A stretch of DNA of 44,047 nucleotides, taken from an uncultured bacterium. Lineage in GTDB: Bacteria; Desulfobacterota; WTBG01. Below the pieces are notes generated by a model, which had not been told where the DNA came from, searched no databases, and saw only the letters and a list, made by a program, of their open reading frames with translations. A program made the position numbers and the translations under genes. This document shows positions 26,010-35,301 of the stretch, piece after piece; within the stretch, counting starts at the first letter, position 1; each line of letters starts with the position of its first letter. The DNA is taken from assembly GCA_965363405.1 (NCBI GenBank), contig CBDTTR010000001.1, positions 1 through 44,047 on the forward strand. Reading direction: 5' to 3'.

Positions 26010-28089
26010 AGAAGCAACAGGTATCCAAGGACTTGCTCGCAATAGCGATGTAATACTGGCATTTGGTGTGATAGGGATACTGGTAATTATGGTGATTCCT
26101 ATACCCACTATCTTGCTGGATATGTTTTTGTCTTTCAATATTACCCTTGCTGTCGTTGTACTATTAGTTGCTATGTACACCTTAAACCCATTGGAGTTTT
26201 CTGTGTTCCCCTCTCTCTTACTGCTTGCTACCCTGCTTCGGCTATCTTTGAATGTGGCCTCAACAAGATTGATCCTCTTACACGGTAATGAAGGGACAGC
26301 CGCCGCCGGACAGGTTATCAGAGCATTTGGAAGCTTTGTGGTTGGTGGTAACTATGTAGTTGGGATGGTAGTATTTTTGATTCTGGTAATAATAAATTTT
26401 GTCGTAATCACAAAAGGGGCAACTCGTATTGCTGAAGTTGCAGCCAGATTCACTTTGGATGCGATGCCTGGGAAACAGATGAGTATCGATGCAGATCTCA
26501 ATGCAGGTCTCATTACAGATATTGAGGCAAAGACAAGGAGAGCTGACATTTCACGGGAAGCCGATTTTTATGGGGCTATGGATGGTGCCAGTAAATTTGT
26601 AAGAGGGGATGCCATTGCTGGTATTGTTATTACACTTATTAACATTCTGGGGGGGTTGGTCATAGGCGTGTTACAGCAGGGGATGTCTGTATCCACTGCC
26701 GCCCAAAATTACACCTTGTTGACTGTAGGGGATGGTTTGGTCAGTCAGATACCTGCCCTGATTATTTCCACTGCCGCTGGACTGGTGGTTACACGGGCAG
26801 CCTCTAATACTCATTTGGGAAATGACATGATAAGTCAACTTACCGGACAACCTCGGGCTGTTGCCATTGCTTCTGGTGTTCTCATTTTCTTTGGGTTTAT
26901 CCCGGGATTACCTACGATTCCCTTTATCATGCTCGGTTGCCTGGCTGGGGGATTGGCTTATATGACTTTCGAAGGCAAGAAAGCGGTTATGCTCAAGGAG
27001 GAAGAAGATGAGGAGGCAGTTGAAAAGGGGAAAGGATTGGAGAAGGTCGAAGAACTTTTGCCTTTAGATCTCTTAGAGTTAGAGGTGGGTTATGGATTGA
27101 TTCCCTTGGTGGATACGGAACAAGGTGGGGAATTGCTGGAAAGGGTTAAGTCCATCCGTCGTCAATTTGCGCTTGAGATGGGAATGATTATTCCACCCAT
27201 GCACATAAGGGATAACCTTCAGCTTAAGCCCAACCAATATTCTATTATTATTAAGGGAGTAGAAATTGCTGGGGGAGAACTCATGCCTGGATATTATCTG
27301 GCAATGAATCCTGGAGATGTTAAAGCTGAGATCGAAGGTATTCCAACGAAAGAACCAGCATTTGGCATCCCAGCCCTTTGGATTGGCGAAAAGGATAAAG
27401 AAAAGGCACAGATTGCAGGATATACCGTAGTCGATTTATCCACGATGATTGCTACTCACATATCAGAAGTTTTAAAGACTCATGCCTGTGAATTATTGGG
27501 TCGGCAGGAAGTGCAGTCTCTGCTAGATAATTTAGCACTCAATCATCCAAAAGTAGTAGAAGAACTGGTACCTAATCTTCTTTCTTTGGGTGGGGTCCAA
27601 AAAACCTTTCAGAACCTGTTGAAAGAACAGGTTTCCATTCGCGATTTGCTTTCCATTGTTGAAACCTTAGCAGATTATGCACCCATAACTAAAAACGTAG
27701 ATATACTGACTGAATATGTAAGGCAAAGGTTAGCAAGAAGCATTACCAAGCAGTATAAAACACCTGAGGGGGACATACCTCTTATGACGCTTGATGCTGA
27801 GATTGAAGAGCTTGTAAATAATGCCATTCAACATACGGAACATGAATCTTACCTTTCGTTAGAACCCGCACTCGCTCAGAAGATTTTGGCACAGCTTAAT
27901 AAGGCAATGGGAAAATTTACCAGCATGAACTATCAACCCATTATTCTCTGTTCGCCGGGTATTCGACCACACCTGAAAAAATTGACTGAAAGATTTATTC
28001 CCACTTTGGTGGTACTCTCTCATAATGAAATTGATAAACGGGTTAAACTAAAATCACTGGGGGTAGCAAGTCTAAACTATGCAGGTTAG
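25993..28089 (+). CDS. flhA: export gate protein FlhA
   Basis: I prefer the ATG at 25993 (AGAGGA RBS; overlaps the flhB end by 17 nt). Conserved N-terminal TM domain, FHIPEP-type region, linker, and large cytoplasmic C-terminal domain. Confidence 0.96.
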   Translation: MTRQIEEATGIQGLARNSDVILAFGVIGILVIMVIPIPTILLDMFLSFNITLAVVVLLVAMYTLNPLEFSVFPSLLLLATLLRLSLNVASTRLILLHGNEGTAAAGQVIRAFGSFVVGGNYVVGMVVFLILVIINFVVITKGATRIAEVAARFTLDAMPGKQMSIDADLNAGLITDIEAKTRRADISREADFYGAMDGASKFVRGDAIAGIVITLINILGGLVIGVLQQGMSVSTAAQNYTLLTVGDGLVSQIPALIISTAAGLVVTRAASNTHLGNDMISQLTGQPRAVAIASGVLIFFGFIPGLPTIPFIMLGCLAGGLAYMTFEGKKAVMLKEEEDEEAVEKGKGLEKVEELLPLDLLELEVGYGLIPLVDTEQGGELLERVKSIRRQFALEMGMIIPPMHIRDNLQLKPNQYSIIIKGVEIAGGELMPGYYLAMNPGDVKAEIEGIPTKEPAFGIPALWIGEKDKEKAQIAGYTVVDLSTMIATHISEVLKTHACELLGRQEVQSLLDNLALNHPKVVEELVPNLLSLGGVQKTFQNLLKEQVSIRDLLSIVETLADYAPITKNVDILTEYVRQRLARSITKQYKTPEGDIPLMTLDAEIEELVNNAIQHTEHESYLSLEPALAQKILAQLNKAMGKFTSMNYQPIILCSPGIRPHLKKLTERFIPTLVVLSHNEIDKRVKLKSLGVASLNYAG

Positions 28090-29314
28090 AAAATATCAAG
28101 CAGCAAGTATGAATGAGGCACTAAAACTGGTGCGAAGGGATTTGGGATCTCAGGCTATCATTGTGTCAACAAAAACAGTTGGTGGAATGAAAAATAAAGA
28201 CAGTTTTGGCAAGCAATCAGGAGTAGAAGTTATTGCTGCTATCGACTATGACTTTGATTCCTCTTCTCCGGAGACTAAATCTTTTTCCCAATTAGTCAAG
28301 GACAAGCTTCCTCCTATAGGAGGCCTCCCATCAGAAGGGGATTCGTTAGAGAAGATTCGCTATGAGCTCTCTGAATTGAAGAGGATAGTGAAACAATATT
28401 ACAATTGCTCTGAGGAAATCAAAGGTGGTTATGCTTACGGGGAACTGAAAGAACTCAAATGGATGGCGCAATTTTTCTTAAGGCAGGCAACGTCCTTTAA
28501 TCACGGTTATTTCCCTGAACATCTAGTTGATCTTTATTACCAAATGTTAAAACAGGATATTTGTGAGGAGACCGTTTTGAAATTGGTTGAGGAGTTAAGG
28601 GAGGATCTATCACCGGATCTATTGGGGGACAAGGGTCAGGTGAGAAAGAGTCTGATCTCGAAAATAGAAAGAGACCTCTTACTAGCAGGACCCGTTGATT
28701 TAACCCCTGGCAAAAACAAGATTGTTGCCTTTGTTGGTCCTACTGGTGTGGGCAAAACTACTACGATAGCTAAATTGGCAGCTAACTATGCATTGGAAAA
28801 GAAAAAAAAGGTTGCCCTGGTTACTATCGATACCTATCGGATAGCAGCAGTTGAGCAGTTAAAGATATACTCCAATATTATAGGGCTTCCCCTTAAGTCA
28901 GTATCATCACCTGAAGAACTTAAGCAAGTATTGGCTAAATTTGCAGACAAGGATTTAATCTTGATTGACACAGCTGGGAGAAGCCAGAGGGACCAGTCCC
29001 ATATTGACGAGATTAAAGGATTTCTCGAGCAATCCTTCCCTGTTGAAATCTCTCTGGTTATGAGTATTACCTGTAAAGAGCATAACCTTTCTGCCGTGAG
29101 TCAACAATTTGGTCTTCTTCCAATAGACAGTATCATTTTTACTAAACTCGATGAGAGTTATACCTATGGAAGTATTATTAACCAGCTGTTCAAAATAAAA
29201 AAGCCTTTATCCTATCTCACTACTGGTCAAAAAGTACCGGAAGATATTGAGGTTGCCACGAAGGAACGCATTATTTCGTTGGTTTTAAATGAAGCGGAAA
29301 ATCACTATTGCTAA
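28079..29314 (+). CDS. flhF: SRP-type GTPase FlhF
   Basis: B-domain N-terminus (RKYQAASMNEALKLVRRDLG). G-motifs GPTGVGKTTT, DTAGR and TKLDE. Confidence 0.94.
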   Translation: MQVRKYQAASMNEALKLVRRDLGSQAIIVSTKTVGGMKNKDSFGKQSGVEVIAAIDYDFDSSSPETKSFSQLVKDKLPPIGGLPSEGDSLEKIRYELSELKRIVKQYYNCSEEIKGGYAYGELKELKWMAQFFLRQATSFNHGYFPEHLVDLYYQMLKQDICEETVLKLVEELREDLSPDLLGDKGQVRKSLISKIERDLLLAGPVDLTPGKNKIVAFVGPTGVGKTTTIAKLAANYALEKKKKVALVTIDTYRIAAVEQLKIYSNIIGLPLKSVSSPEELKQVLAKFADKDLILIDTAGRSQRDQSHIDEIKGFLEQSFPVEISLVMSITCKEHNLSAVSQQFGLLPIDSIIFTKLDESYTYGSIINQLFKIKKPLSYLTTGQKVPEDIEVATKERIISLVLNEAENHYC

Positions 29315-29334
29315 CTTAATAAGGGAAGGGATAT

Positions 29335-30270
29335 ATGATGGATCAAGCAGGAACGTTGCGCAGTATAGTTGAAAAGAAGGGAAGGCCTGGGTCACGTATG
29401 AAGATGAAAGGTGAAGGGCTAAGGAATGAAGGAAATTTACCAGTTCAAGTCATTGCGGTTACCAGCGGGAAGGGAGGAGTCGGTAAAACCAACGTGGTGG
29501 CCAATCTGGGCTGTGCCTTAACCAGATTGAACAAGAGAGTATTAGTTTTAGATGCAGATATGGGGCTGGCTAATATGGATGTTATTTTGGGACTTTCTCC
29601 TAAATATAATTTACAACATGTGCTCAACGGCGAGAAGACTATCTCAGAGGTAATCATTTCAGGGCCAGGAGGCATGAAGATTCTTCCTGCCAGTTCAGGT
29701 GTACAAGAACTATCAGATTTGAGTAAAGCACAGAAGCTTTGCTTATTGTCAGAGCTGAATTTCTTATGTGATGAGATAGATGTTCTGCTAATTGATACCA
29801 GCGCGGGTATTTCTTCTAATGTGATGTATTTCAACATGGCAGCTCAAGAGATCCTCATCGTGGTCTCGCCCGAGCCTACATCCATTACAGATGCCTATGC
29901 TATGATGAAGGTTTTATTCCTTAAGCATTCGAAGAATCATTTTAGGCTTTTGGTCAATTCAGCAAGGAATGCCGAGGAAGCTAAGGAAGTCTTTAATAAT
30001 TTGAGTCTGGTGGGACAAAAGTTTCTCAATCTCTCAATGGATTATTGGGGGTACATCATGCAGGATGACCATGTGGCGAAGGCCGTGAGGCAGCAGAAAG
30101 CGCTTGTTGAGCGGTATCCTCATTCTCCCGCTAGCAGATGTTTCTCTGATCTTGCTAAGAGAGTTTGCGAAAATCAACCCAATACCAGTTCCAGAGGAAA
30201 CATCAGTTTCTTTTGGGATCAAATTATCGATAATTCCGATGCTTTACCTTTGGAAGTTTCTAAAATTTAG
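29335..30270 (+). CDS. flhG: MinD-type ATPase FlhG (FleN/YlxH)
   Basis: N-terminal FlhF-activator motif DQAGTLR. Deviant Walker A SGKGGVGKT. Confidence 0.92.
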   Translation: MMDQAGTLRSIVEKKGRPGSRMKMKGEGLRNEGNLPVQVIAVTSGKGGVGKTNVVANLGCALTRLNKRVLVLDADMGLANMDVILGLSPKYNLQHVLNGEKTISEVIISGPGGMKILPASSGVQELSDLSKAQKLCLLSELNFLCDEIDVLLIDTSAGISSNVMYFNMAAQEILIVVSPEPTSITDAYAMMKVLFLKHSKNHFRLLVNSARNAEEAKEVFNNLSLVGQKFLNLSMDYWGYIMQDDHVAKAVRQQKALVERYPHSPASRCFSDLAKRVCENQPNTSSRGNISFFWDQIIDNSDALPLEVSKI

Positions 30271-30412
30271 TCCTGTTGGATTTAACTTATCTTAAACTTA
30301 GATCAGGCAAGTGAAATACTGGAACTATGGAACGTTGGATGATGGCTGATTAAAAAGTCGAGCAATTAAACAGTTGGCAAATTAAATAGTTTAAAAATTA
30401 AGGGGAAGGAAG

Positions 30413-31174
30413 ATGAGAGGATTATACAATCAAATGGCAGAAAAAGATTCAAGTTTTAAAGATGATTTTACAAAAAGAGATCGTCTGATCATGGAACATG
30501 CCCCTTTGGTCAAGTATATTGCTAATAGAATCGCAATGCGGCTACCACCTCATATTGATGTTGACGATCTTATCAGCTCCGGAGTTCTGGGTTTAATCGA
30601 CGCTATTGAGAAGTTTGATCCTTCCAAAGAGGTGAAGTTTAAAACTTATGCTGAGATTCGTATTAAAGGTGCAATCCTTGATGAATTGAGGGCGATGGAT
30701 TGGATTCCCAGATCTGTCCGCAAGGTTATTAACGAATTGATGGGTGCTTATCATGAGTTGGAACAGCAACTGGGAAGACCTGCTAAAGACGAGGAAATGG
30801 CTGAACTACTGGGTTTGGGAATGGAGGAATTTTATAAACTGCTCAAGCAATCTGCAGGCGTACCACTAATCAGCCTGGATGTTCTAGTAGATTATGATGA
30901 GAAGAAAAGAAATATTTTGAGTTGCCTTGAGGATCCTAAATCTGTCAATGGCTTTGGCATCATGGGGTTGAGCGAGGTTAAAGATGCTATTGCAAAAGCT
31001 ATAGAAGATTTGCCGGAAAAGGAAAAACAGGTAATTTCTCTCTATTATCACGACGAACTTACCATGAAGGAGATTGGTAAGGTGTTAGACCTGACAGAAT
31101 CAAGAGTTTCACAAATTCATACTAAAGCCGTGCTGAGATTAAAGGTGAGGATTAAGGATTTGAAAAAAATATAG
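30413..31174 (+). CDS. fliA: flagellar sigma factor sigma28 (FliA)
   Basis: Region 2 (DDLISSGVLGLIDAIEKFD, YAEIRIKGAILDELR) and region 4 HTH (ELTMKEIGKVLDLTESRVSQIHTKA). Positioned after flhG. Confidence 0.94.
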   Translation: MRGLYNQMAEKDSSFKDDFTKRDRLIMEHAPLVKYIANRIAMRLPPHIDVDDLISSGVLGLIDAIEKFDPSKEVKFKTYAEIRIKGAILDELRAMDWIPRSVRKVINELMGAYHELEQQLGRPAKDEEMAELLGLGMEEFYKLLKQSAGVPLISLDVLVDYDEKKRNILSCLEDPKSVNGFGIMGLSEVKDAIAKAIEDLPEKEKQVISLYYHDELTMKEIGKVLDLTESRVSQIHTKAVLRLKVRIKDLKKI

Positions 31175-31260
31175 TTTGATTTTCGTAAGCTTATAATAAT
31201 TGTTTGTCAGTATATTTTTCCCATTAGAGTAATTGGTTTAGATCTACTTTTTCTAAAGGA

Positions 31261-32892
31261 ATGGTAAAGGTGAAGAAGCATACCATATTGGTTGTTGATA
31301 CCCAGCAGGATAGGACCGGAGGTTTGTCCAGGATTTTAAGAGATGAGGGTTATTCAAGTTCGACCGCTGGCAGTGCCAAGGAGGTTTTGGAAAAACTGAA
31401 GGAAAACCATGTTGACCTCATCATTTTGGATTGTGCGATGAAAGGTATATCAGTGAATAATCTTTTAGAAAGGGCAGAAAAACCATACTCTCCACCCATT
31501 TGTATCATATTAACCGATGAGCAAGAGGCAGAAAAAAGGTTATCAGCAGCTAACGGAAATGAGTATTGCTGGTTCTTGAGTAAACCCTGGGAAAGAGAAA
31601 ACCTTGTCCTTACTGTGAGGAATGCTTTGAAATACGGTGAGCTGCTTTCTAAAAACGAGACACTGCTAGAAACTGTTGCTGTTTTGGCAGCAAAGGATTT
31701 TTCGCTTGAGGAGAAATTACAGAGAATCCTCCAGCTTTCTCTTAAACAGATTAATGCAGAAAGGGGCTCTATTATGTTGAGAGATAAGCAGGGTGATTTG
31801 GTCATCAAGGCTGCGAGTCGCAAGCGGCTTATAGGGGTAAAACAATTTATAGAGGATGAAAAGAGTGTCTCTGCCTGGGTGGTAAAAAATGGAAAATCGA
31901 TTCTTGTAGAACACAGCAAAGAAGATCCACGTTTTAATCCTCCTGAGGAAGCTTTATACAAAACGGACAACTTTCTTTGTGTGCCCATAAAAAATGAAAA
32001 AGGTGTTGTTATTGGTGTTTTTAATGTTACCGACAAGAGTGATGGAAGATCAATTACTGAAGAGGATGAGATTATTCTTTCAGGATTTATAAGCAGAATT
32101 GTAATGTTAATTGAAAATGCACAGCTTAAGGAAGACCTGGAGGAGGAGAGGAGGCGACTAAAAATAAAAAACAAAGAACTCCTTGCTTTGGAGCAGATGA
32201 GAGAGGATTTAATTAATATGATTATCCATGATCTGAAGGGCCCTCTGGGGGAGATTACAGCTAATTTGGATCTTTTAAGCTATGTGCAATTAGAAAGCCA
32301 AGACAGAGAGTGTTTGGATACCGCTATCCAAGGTGGTGAAAATCTTCTCAGGATGATCCTTAATATGTTGGATGTAAGGAAGATGGAAGAGGGTAAACTC
32401 AAACTTCATTACGAAGAGCTTGATGTATGCGAGTTGATTGAAGGTGTTATCGAAAAAATAAAAACACTGATTAAGCAGAAGGGGATGGAAGTAAAAACAG
32501 TGATTGATGAAAATGTTTTTACTTGGGTGGCAGATAGATCTCTCATTGAAAGAGTTCTTATTAATCTTCTAAATAATGCCATAAGGTATTCACATCAAGG
32601 AGGGAAGGTAGAGATCAGGAGCAGGTATAGTCATGAGAGCAAGCAACTCCAGATGGAAGTGAGAGATAATGGAAAGGGGATACCCAGGGAATTTCAGCAA
32701 AAGATTTTTGAGAAGTTTGGTCAAGTAGATGCTGATTTTTCTGATAGAAAGAACAGTACTGGCTTGGGATTGACATTTTGCAGAATGGCAGTTGAAGCTC
32801 ATCAGGGAAAAATCTGGGTTGAAAGTGGAGAAGAAAAAGGAAGCAGGTTCATCTTCTTACTTCCCTTGATGCAGAAAAGTGCTTTGACTTGA
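31261..32892 (+). CDS. hybrid REC-GAF-histidine kinase
   Basis: REC (ILVVD, LIILDCAM, FLSKPW), GAF (LQRILQLSLKQINAERGSIMLRD), H-box IIHDLKGPLG, N-box LINLLNNAIRYS, G1 RDNGKGI, G2 STGLGLTFC. No TM segment. Confidence 0.9.
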   Translation: MVKVKKHTILVVDTQQDRTGGLSRILRDEGYSSSTAGSAKEVLEKLKENHVDLIILDCAMKGISVNNLLERAEKPYSPPICIILTDEQEAEKRLSAANGNEYCWFLSKPWERENLVLTVRNALKYGELLSKNETLLETVAVLAAKDFSLEEKLQRILQLSLKQINAERGSIMLRDKQGDLVIKAASRKRLIGVKQFIEDEKSVSAWVVKNGKSILVEHSKEDPRFNPPEEALYKTDNFLCVPIKNEKGVVIGVFNVTDKSDGRSITEEDEIILSGFISRIVMLIENAQLKEDLEEERRRLKIKNKELLALEQMREDLINMIIHDLKGPLGEITANLDLLSYVQLESQDRECLDTAIQGGENLLRMILNMLDVRKMEEGKLKLHYEELDVCELIEGVIEKIKTLIKQKGMEVKTVIDENVFTWVADRSLIERVLINLLNNAIRYSHQGGKVEIRSRYSHESKQLQMEVRDNGKGIPREFQQKIFEKFGQVDADFSDRKNSTGLGLTFCRMAVEAHQGKIWVESGEEKGSRFIFLLPLMQKSALT

Positions 32893-32909
32893 GAGATTGA
32901 TAAGGTGAG

Positions 32910-34079
32910 GTGACGGTCTTGAAAGACTCAAAAGAAATGAAAATACTAATTATTGATGATATGCCCAATATGGTCAGGACCATTAAAAATATGCTTCGTC
33001 ATCTCGGCTACCGTCATACTGCAGAAGCAGGAGATGGGTTGGCAGCATGGAAGGTGTTGAAGAATGATACAGTTGATTTTGTGATAGCAGACTGGAATAT
33101 GCCTAATATGACGGGTATTGATTTGTTGCGCAAAGTCAGGTTGGATGAAAGTCTTAAAGATATACCTTTTTTAATGGTTACTGCAGAAGTAGATGAAGAA
33201 ACTATAGCTGAGGCAGCCGAGACAGAGGTCGATGGTTATGTTATTAAACCTTTTGTGGCTAAAACCTTAGAAGAAAATATTCAAAAAATTCTGGAGAGGA
33301 GGAACAGTCCAGATGAAGTGGATACTTGTTTAAAATTGGGCAATGTCTACGCAAACTCAGGGAGATTGGAGGATGCCTTGAAAGAATATGAAAAAGCTTT
33401 AAAAGTTCGGCCTAATAATGCTAGGGTGTACTGTGCCCTGGGGAATGCTTACCAGCAGAGAGGGGAAGTAGACGAGGCAGAGAAAGCTTATAGCAAAGCA
33501 ATAGGGATTAGCCCTCAATATTTAAAAGCGCATGAGAGTTTAGCCTGGGTATATGAAAAAAAAGGTGAAAAAGAAAAGGCGATCAAGTCCATCAAAGAAG
33601 CGGTAAAAATCAGCCCTAAAAATCCAGACCGTCAGATCAAGCTGGGCAAGGCACTTCTTAACACAGGGAGAAGGGAAGAGGCTAAAGAAGCGTTTGATCA
33701 AGCGGTAAAGGTTGATCCTGACAGGGCTGCTGGCAGGAGAATTGAAATTGGTGAAGCCTTTTTGGACATGGGGATGGCGCAAGAAGCTGAAGAAGTCTTC
33801 CAAAGAGTTTTAGGAACTGATCCCAATAACATTGAGATTTATAACCGTTTGGGTATCGCCTTGAGAAAACAAGGAAAATACCGTGTGGCTATTGGTGAAT
33901 ATAAGAAAGCTTTGAAGGTAGACCCGGAGGATGAGAACGTTCATTATAATTTAGGCAGAACCTATATGCAAGCAGGGATGGTTGCTGATGCAATAAAGGA
34001 GTTCGAGGAGTCTGTAAGACTTTGCCCGGATTTTGAGGAGGTAAAGATTATACTTCAAACCCTTAAGGAGAAGACGTAA
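32910..34079 (+). CDS. CheY-like receiver fused to a TPR domain
   Basis: REC is strongly CheY-like (KILIIDDMPNM, FVIADWNMPNMTGIDLL, FLMVTAE, GYVIKPF), followed by at least 6 TPRs and no DNA-binding domain. The start is uncertain: GTG 32910, TTG 32919 or ATG 32937. Confidence 0.88.
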   Translation: MTVLKDSKEMKILIIDDMPNMVRTIKNMLRHLGYRHTAEAGDGLAAWKVLKNDTVDFVIADWNMPNMTGIDLLRKVRLDESLKDIPFLMVTAEVDEETIAEAAETEVDGYVIKPFVAKTLEENIQKILERRNSPDEVDTCLKLGNVYANSGRLEDALKEYEKALKVRPNNARVYCALGNAYQQRGEVDEAEKAYSKAIGISPQYLKAHESLAWVYEKKGEKEKAIKSIKEAVKISPKNPDRQIKLGKALLNTGRREEAKEAFDQAVKVDPDRAAGRRIEIGEAFLDMGMAQEAEEVFQRVLGTDPNNIEIYNRLGIALRKQGKYRVAIGEYKKALKVDPEDENVHYNLGRTYMQAGMVADAIKEFEESVRLCPDFEEVKIILQTLKEKT

Positions 34080-34216
34080 AGAGCAAGAACAACTATTCAA
34101 ACGTAAAACGCGATAACCACTGTAAGGATTACAACCGAAAAATTACCAATCCTGTCATTTTTTAAGAAAGAGGGATTCCTAAGATTAAGTATTATGGATT
34201 TCAGTGAGGTGTGTTA

Positions 34217-34879
34217 ATGGTCGATGAGCAAAAAAAAAGTACAGAAGAAAAGGCCGTGAAGACACAAGAGGAGAGCGGAGATAAAGAGAAGCACTCTGGG
34301 AGAGGTGCAGATGGAATTGAAGAAGGTGGGGCAACTGAAGAAAGATCAAAAACGGAACTGGATGTAGAAGGTCTTGATTTAGAAGAATCTCCCCAAGAGG
34401 TTGCAGCTGATAGAAGAGAAGAAACGGTTCAAGTTAAAAAGAGGAATAAGAGAGAATGGGTTTTAACTTTTTTCTCCTTGCTGGTAATTTTAATAATGGT
34501 TATTGGAGGTGTATTCATTTGGGCGAGGTATTTTGCTTCAGACGATGGGAAAAGGCTAGCCTTGAATACTCCCCTGGGAGTTGTATACGAACTCAAGCCA
34601 TTTTTTGTACCATTGAATTCAAACGCTGAATCGGGGAAGTTTTTAAGGGCAACCATGGTTTTGGAATTGTTTAATGAGAGTTCTTATGAACAGATTGAGA
34701 GTCGGATTGAAGAAGTAAGGAGCAATATCTTTAAAATATTGGTCAATGCTTCTCCTAAAAATGTTGGAAATACTAAGGGAAAGAAGATCTTGGCAGAAAG
34801 GATTGTTTCAACAAGTAACCATCTCTTTGGGGAGAAGGTTGTGAAACGGATTTTTTTCAAAGATGTACTAGTAATTTGA
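34217..34879 (+). CDS. FliL-family paralogue with a long acidic N-terminal extension
   Basis: ATG at 34217 after a GTGAGG RBS. An acidic cytoplasmic region of about 85 aa, TM (VLTFFSLLVILIMVIGGVFIW), then a FliL-like domain (KFLRATMVLELFN...IEEVRSNIFKIL). Confidence 0.75.
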   Translation: MVDEQKKSTEEKAVKTQEESGDKEKHSGRGADGIEEGGATEERSKTELDVEGLDLEESPQEVAADRREETVQVKKRNKREWVLTFFSLLVILIMVIGGVFIWARYFASDDGKRLALNTPLGVVYELKPFFVPLNSNAESGKFLRATMVLELFNESSYEQIESRIEEVRSNIFKILVNASPKNVGNTKGKKILAERIVSTSNHLFGEKVVKRIFFKDVLVI

Positions 34880-34880
34880 G

Positions 34881-34907
34881 GTTTTAAATTACTAAGAGAT
34901 TTAAAAC
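34881..34907 (+). other. perfect 9-bp AT-rich hairpin just after the fliL-like stop
   Basis: GTTTTAAAT (34881-34889), a 9-nt loop, then ATTTAAAAC (34899-34907). No T-tract follows, so it is weak as a terminator. Confidence 0.4.
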
Positions 34908-34954
34908 GAGATGGTGCTTTTCCAGATGGATGAGTCACCGATCATTCTTAAGCT

Positions 34955-35188
34955 ATGAGGAAAGAGAAGCAGGATTTAAGGATTAAAGGAGGGGCCGCAG
35001 ACTTTATTCCAAACCGAAGGAAATATATTGGAGTATTTTTTGAATGCTGTAGTGCCTATGCCAGGATTTATATCAATAGAGAAAAGACGTCATATGCGGG
35101 TTGGTGTCCCAAATGTGCTCACAGGATTGAGATTAAAATTGACAAGAAAGGGACTGATAGTAGGTTTTTCAGAGTGATTAAGCATTAG
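34955..35188 (+). CDS. small basic Cys4 protein (putative zinc ribbon), function unknown
   Basis: 77-aa ORF filling an otherwise empty 400-nt gap. Paired cysteines ECC ... CPKC. No clear SD, so coding status is uncertain. Confidence 0.45.
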   Translation: MRKEKQDLRIKGGAADFIPNRRKYIGVFFECCSAYARIYINREKTSYAGWCPKCAHRIEIKIDKKGTDSRFFRVIKH

Positions 35189-35237
35189 AAATTAGTTGTG
35201 TTATAAAGAAGGGGATTTATTTCAAAAGGAAAGTGTT

Positions 35238-35265
35238 TTGATAATTGTAGTAGGTGTTGTATAAT
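35238..35265 (+). promoter_or_regulatory. sigma70-type promoter for the PAS kinase gene
   Basis: TTGATA (35238-35243), 16 nt, then TATAAT (35260-35265). Confidence 0.55.
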
Positions 35266-35301
35266 CACAGAGAAATTTAATTGCAGGTTAATTATAAAAG
35301 A

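Noticed and set aside
30271-30412. Promoter upstream of fliA (TTGGCA..., TGGAAC repeats).
   Set aside because: No match with correct spacing to the sigma70, sigma54 or sigma28 consensus. fliA may be read through from flhF-flhG, so I cannot support a call.
31350-32174. 274-aa minus-strand ORF, and similar long antisense ORFs at 2219-2806, 7041-7625, 6953-7384, 14618-15100, 25212-25622, 29445-29837 and 39066-39641.
   Set aside because: Each lies fully antisense to a well-supported plus-strand gene with clear domain motifs. The translations are low-complexity (S/L/F-rich), have no recognisable motifs and lack RBSs. They are typical shadow ORFs.
34100-34120. TAAAACGCGATAA upstream of the FliL paralogue as a sigma28 promoter.
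   Set aside because: The CGCGATAA -10-like box has no TAAA at the correct distance; the TAAA seen is directly adjacent.
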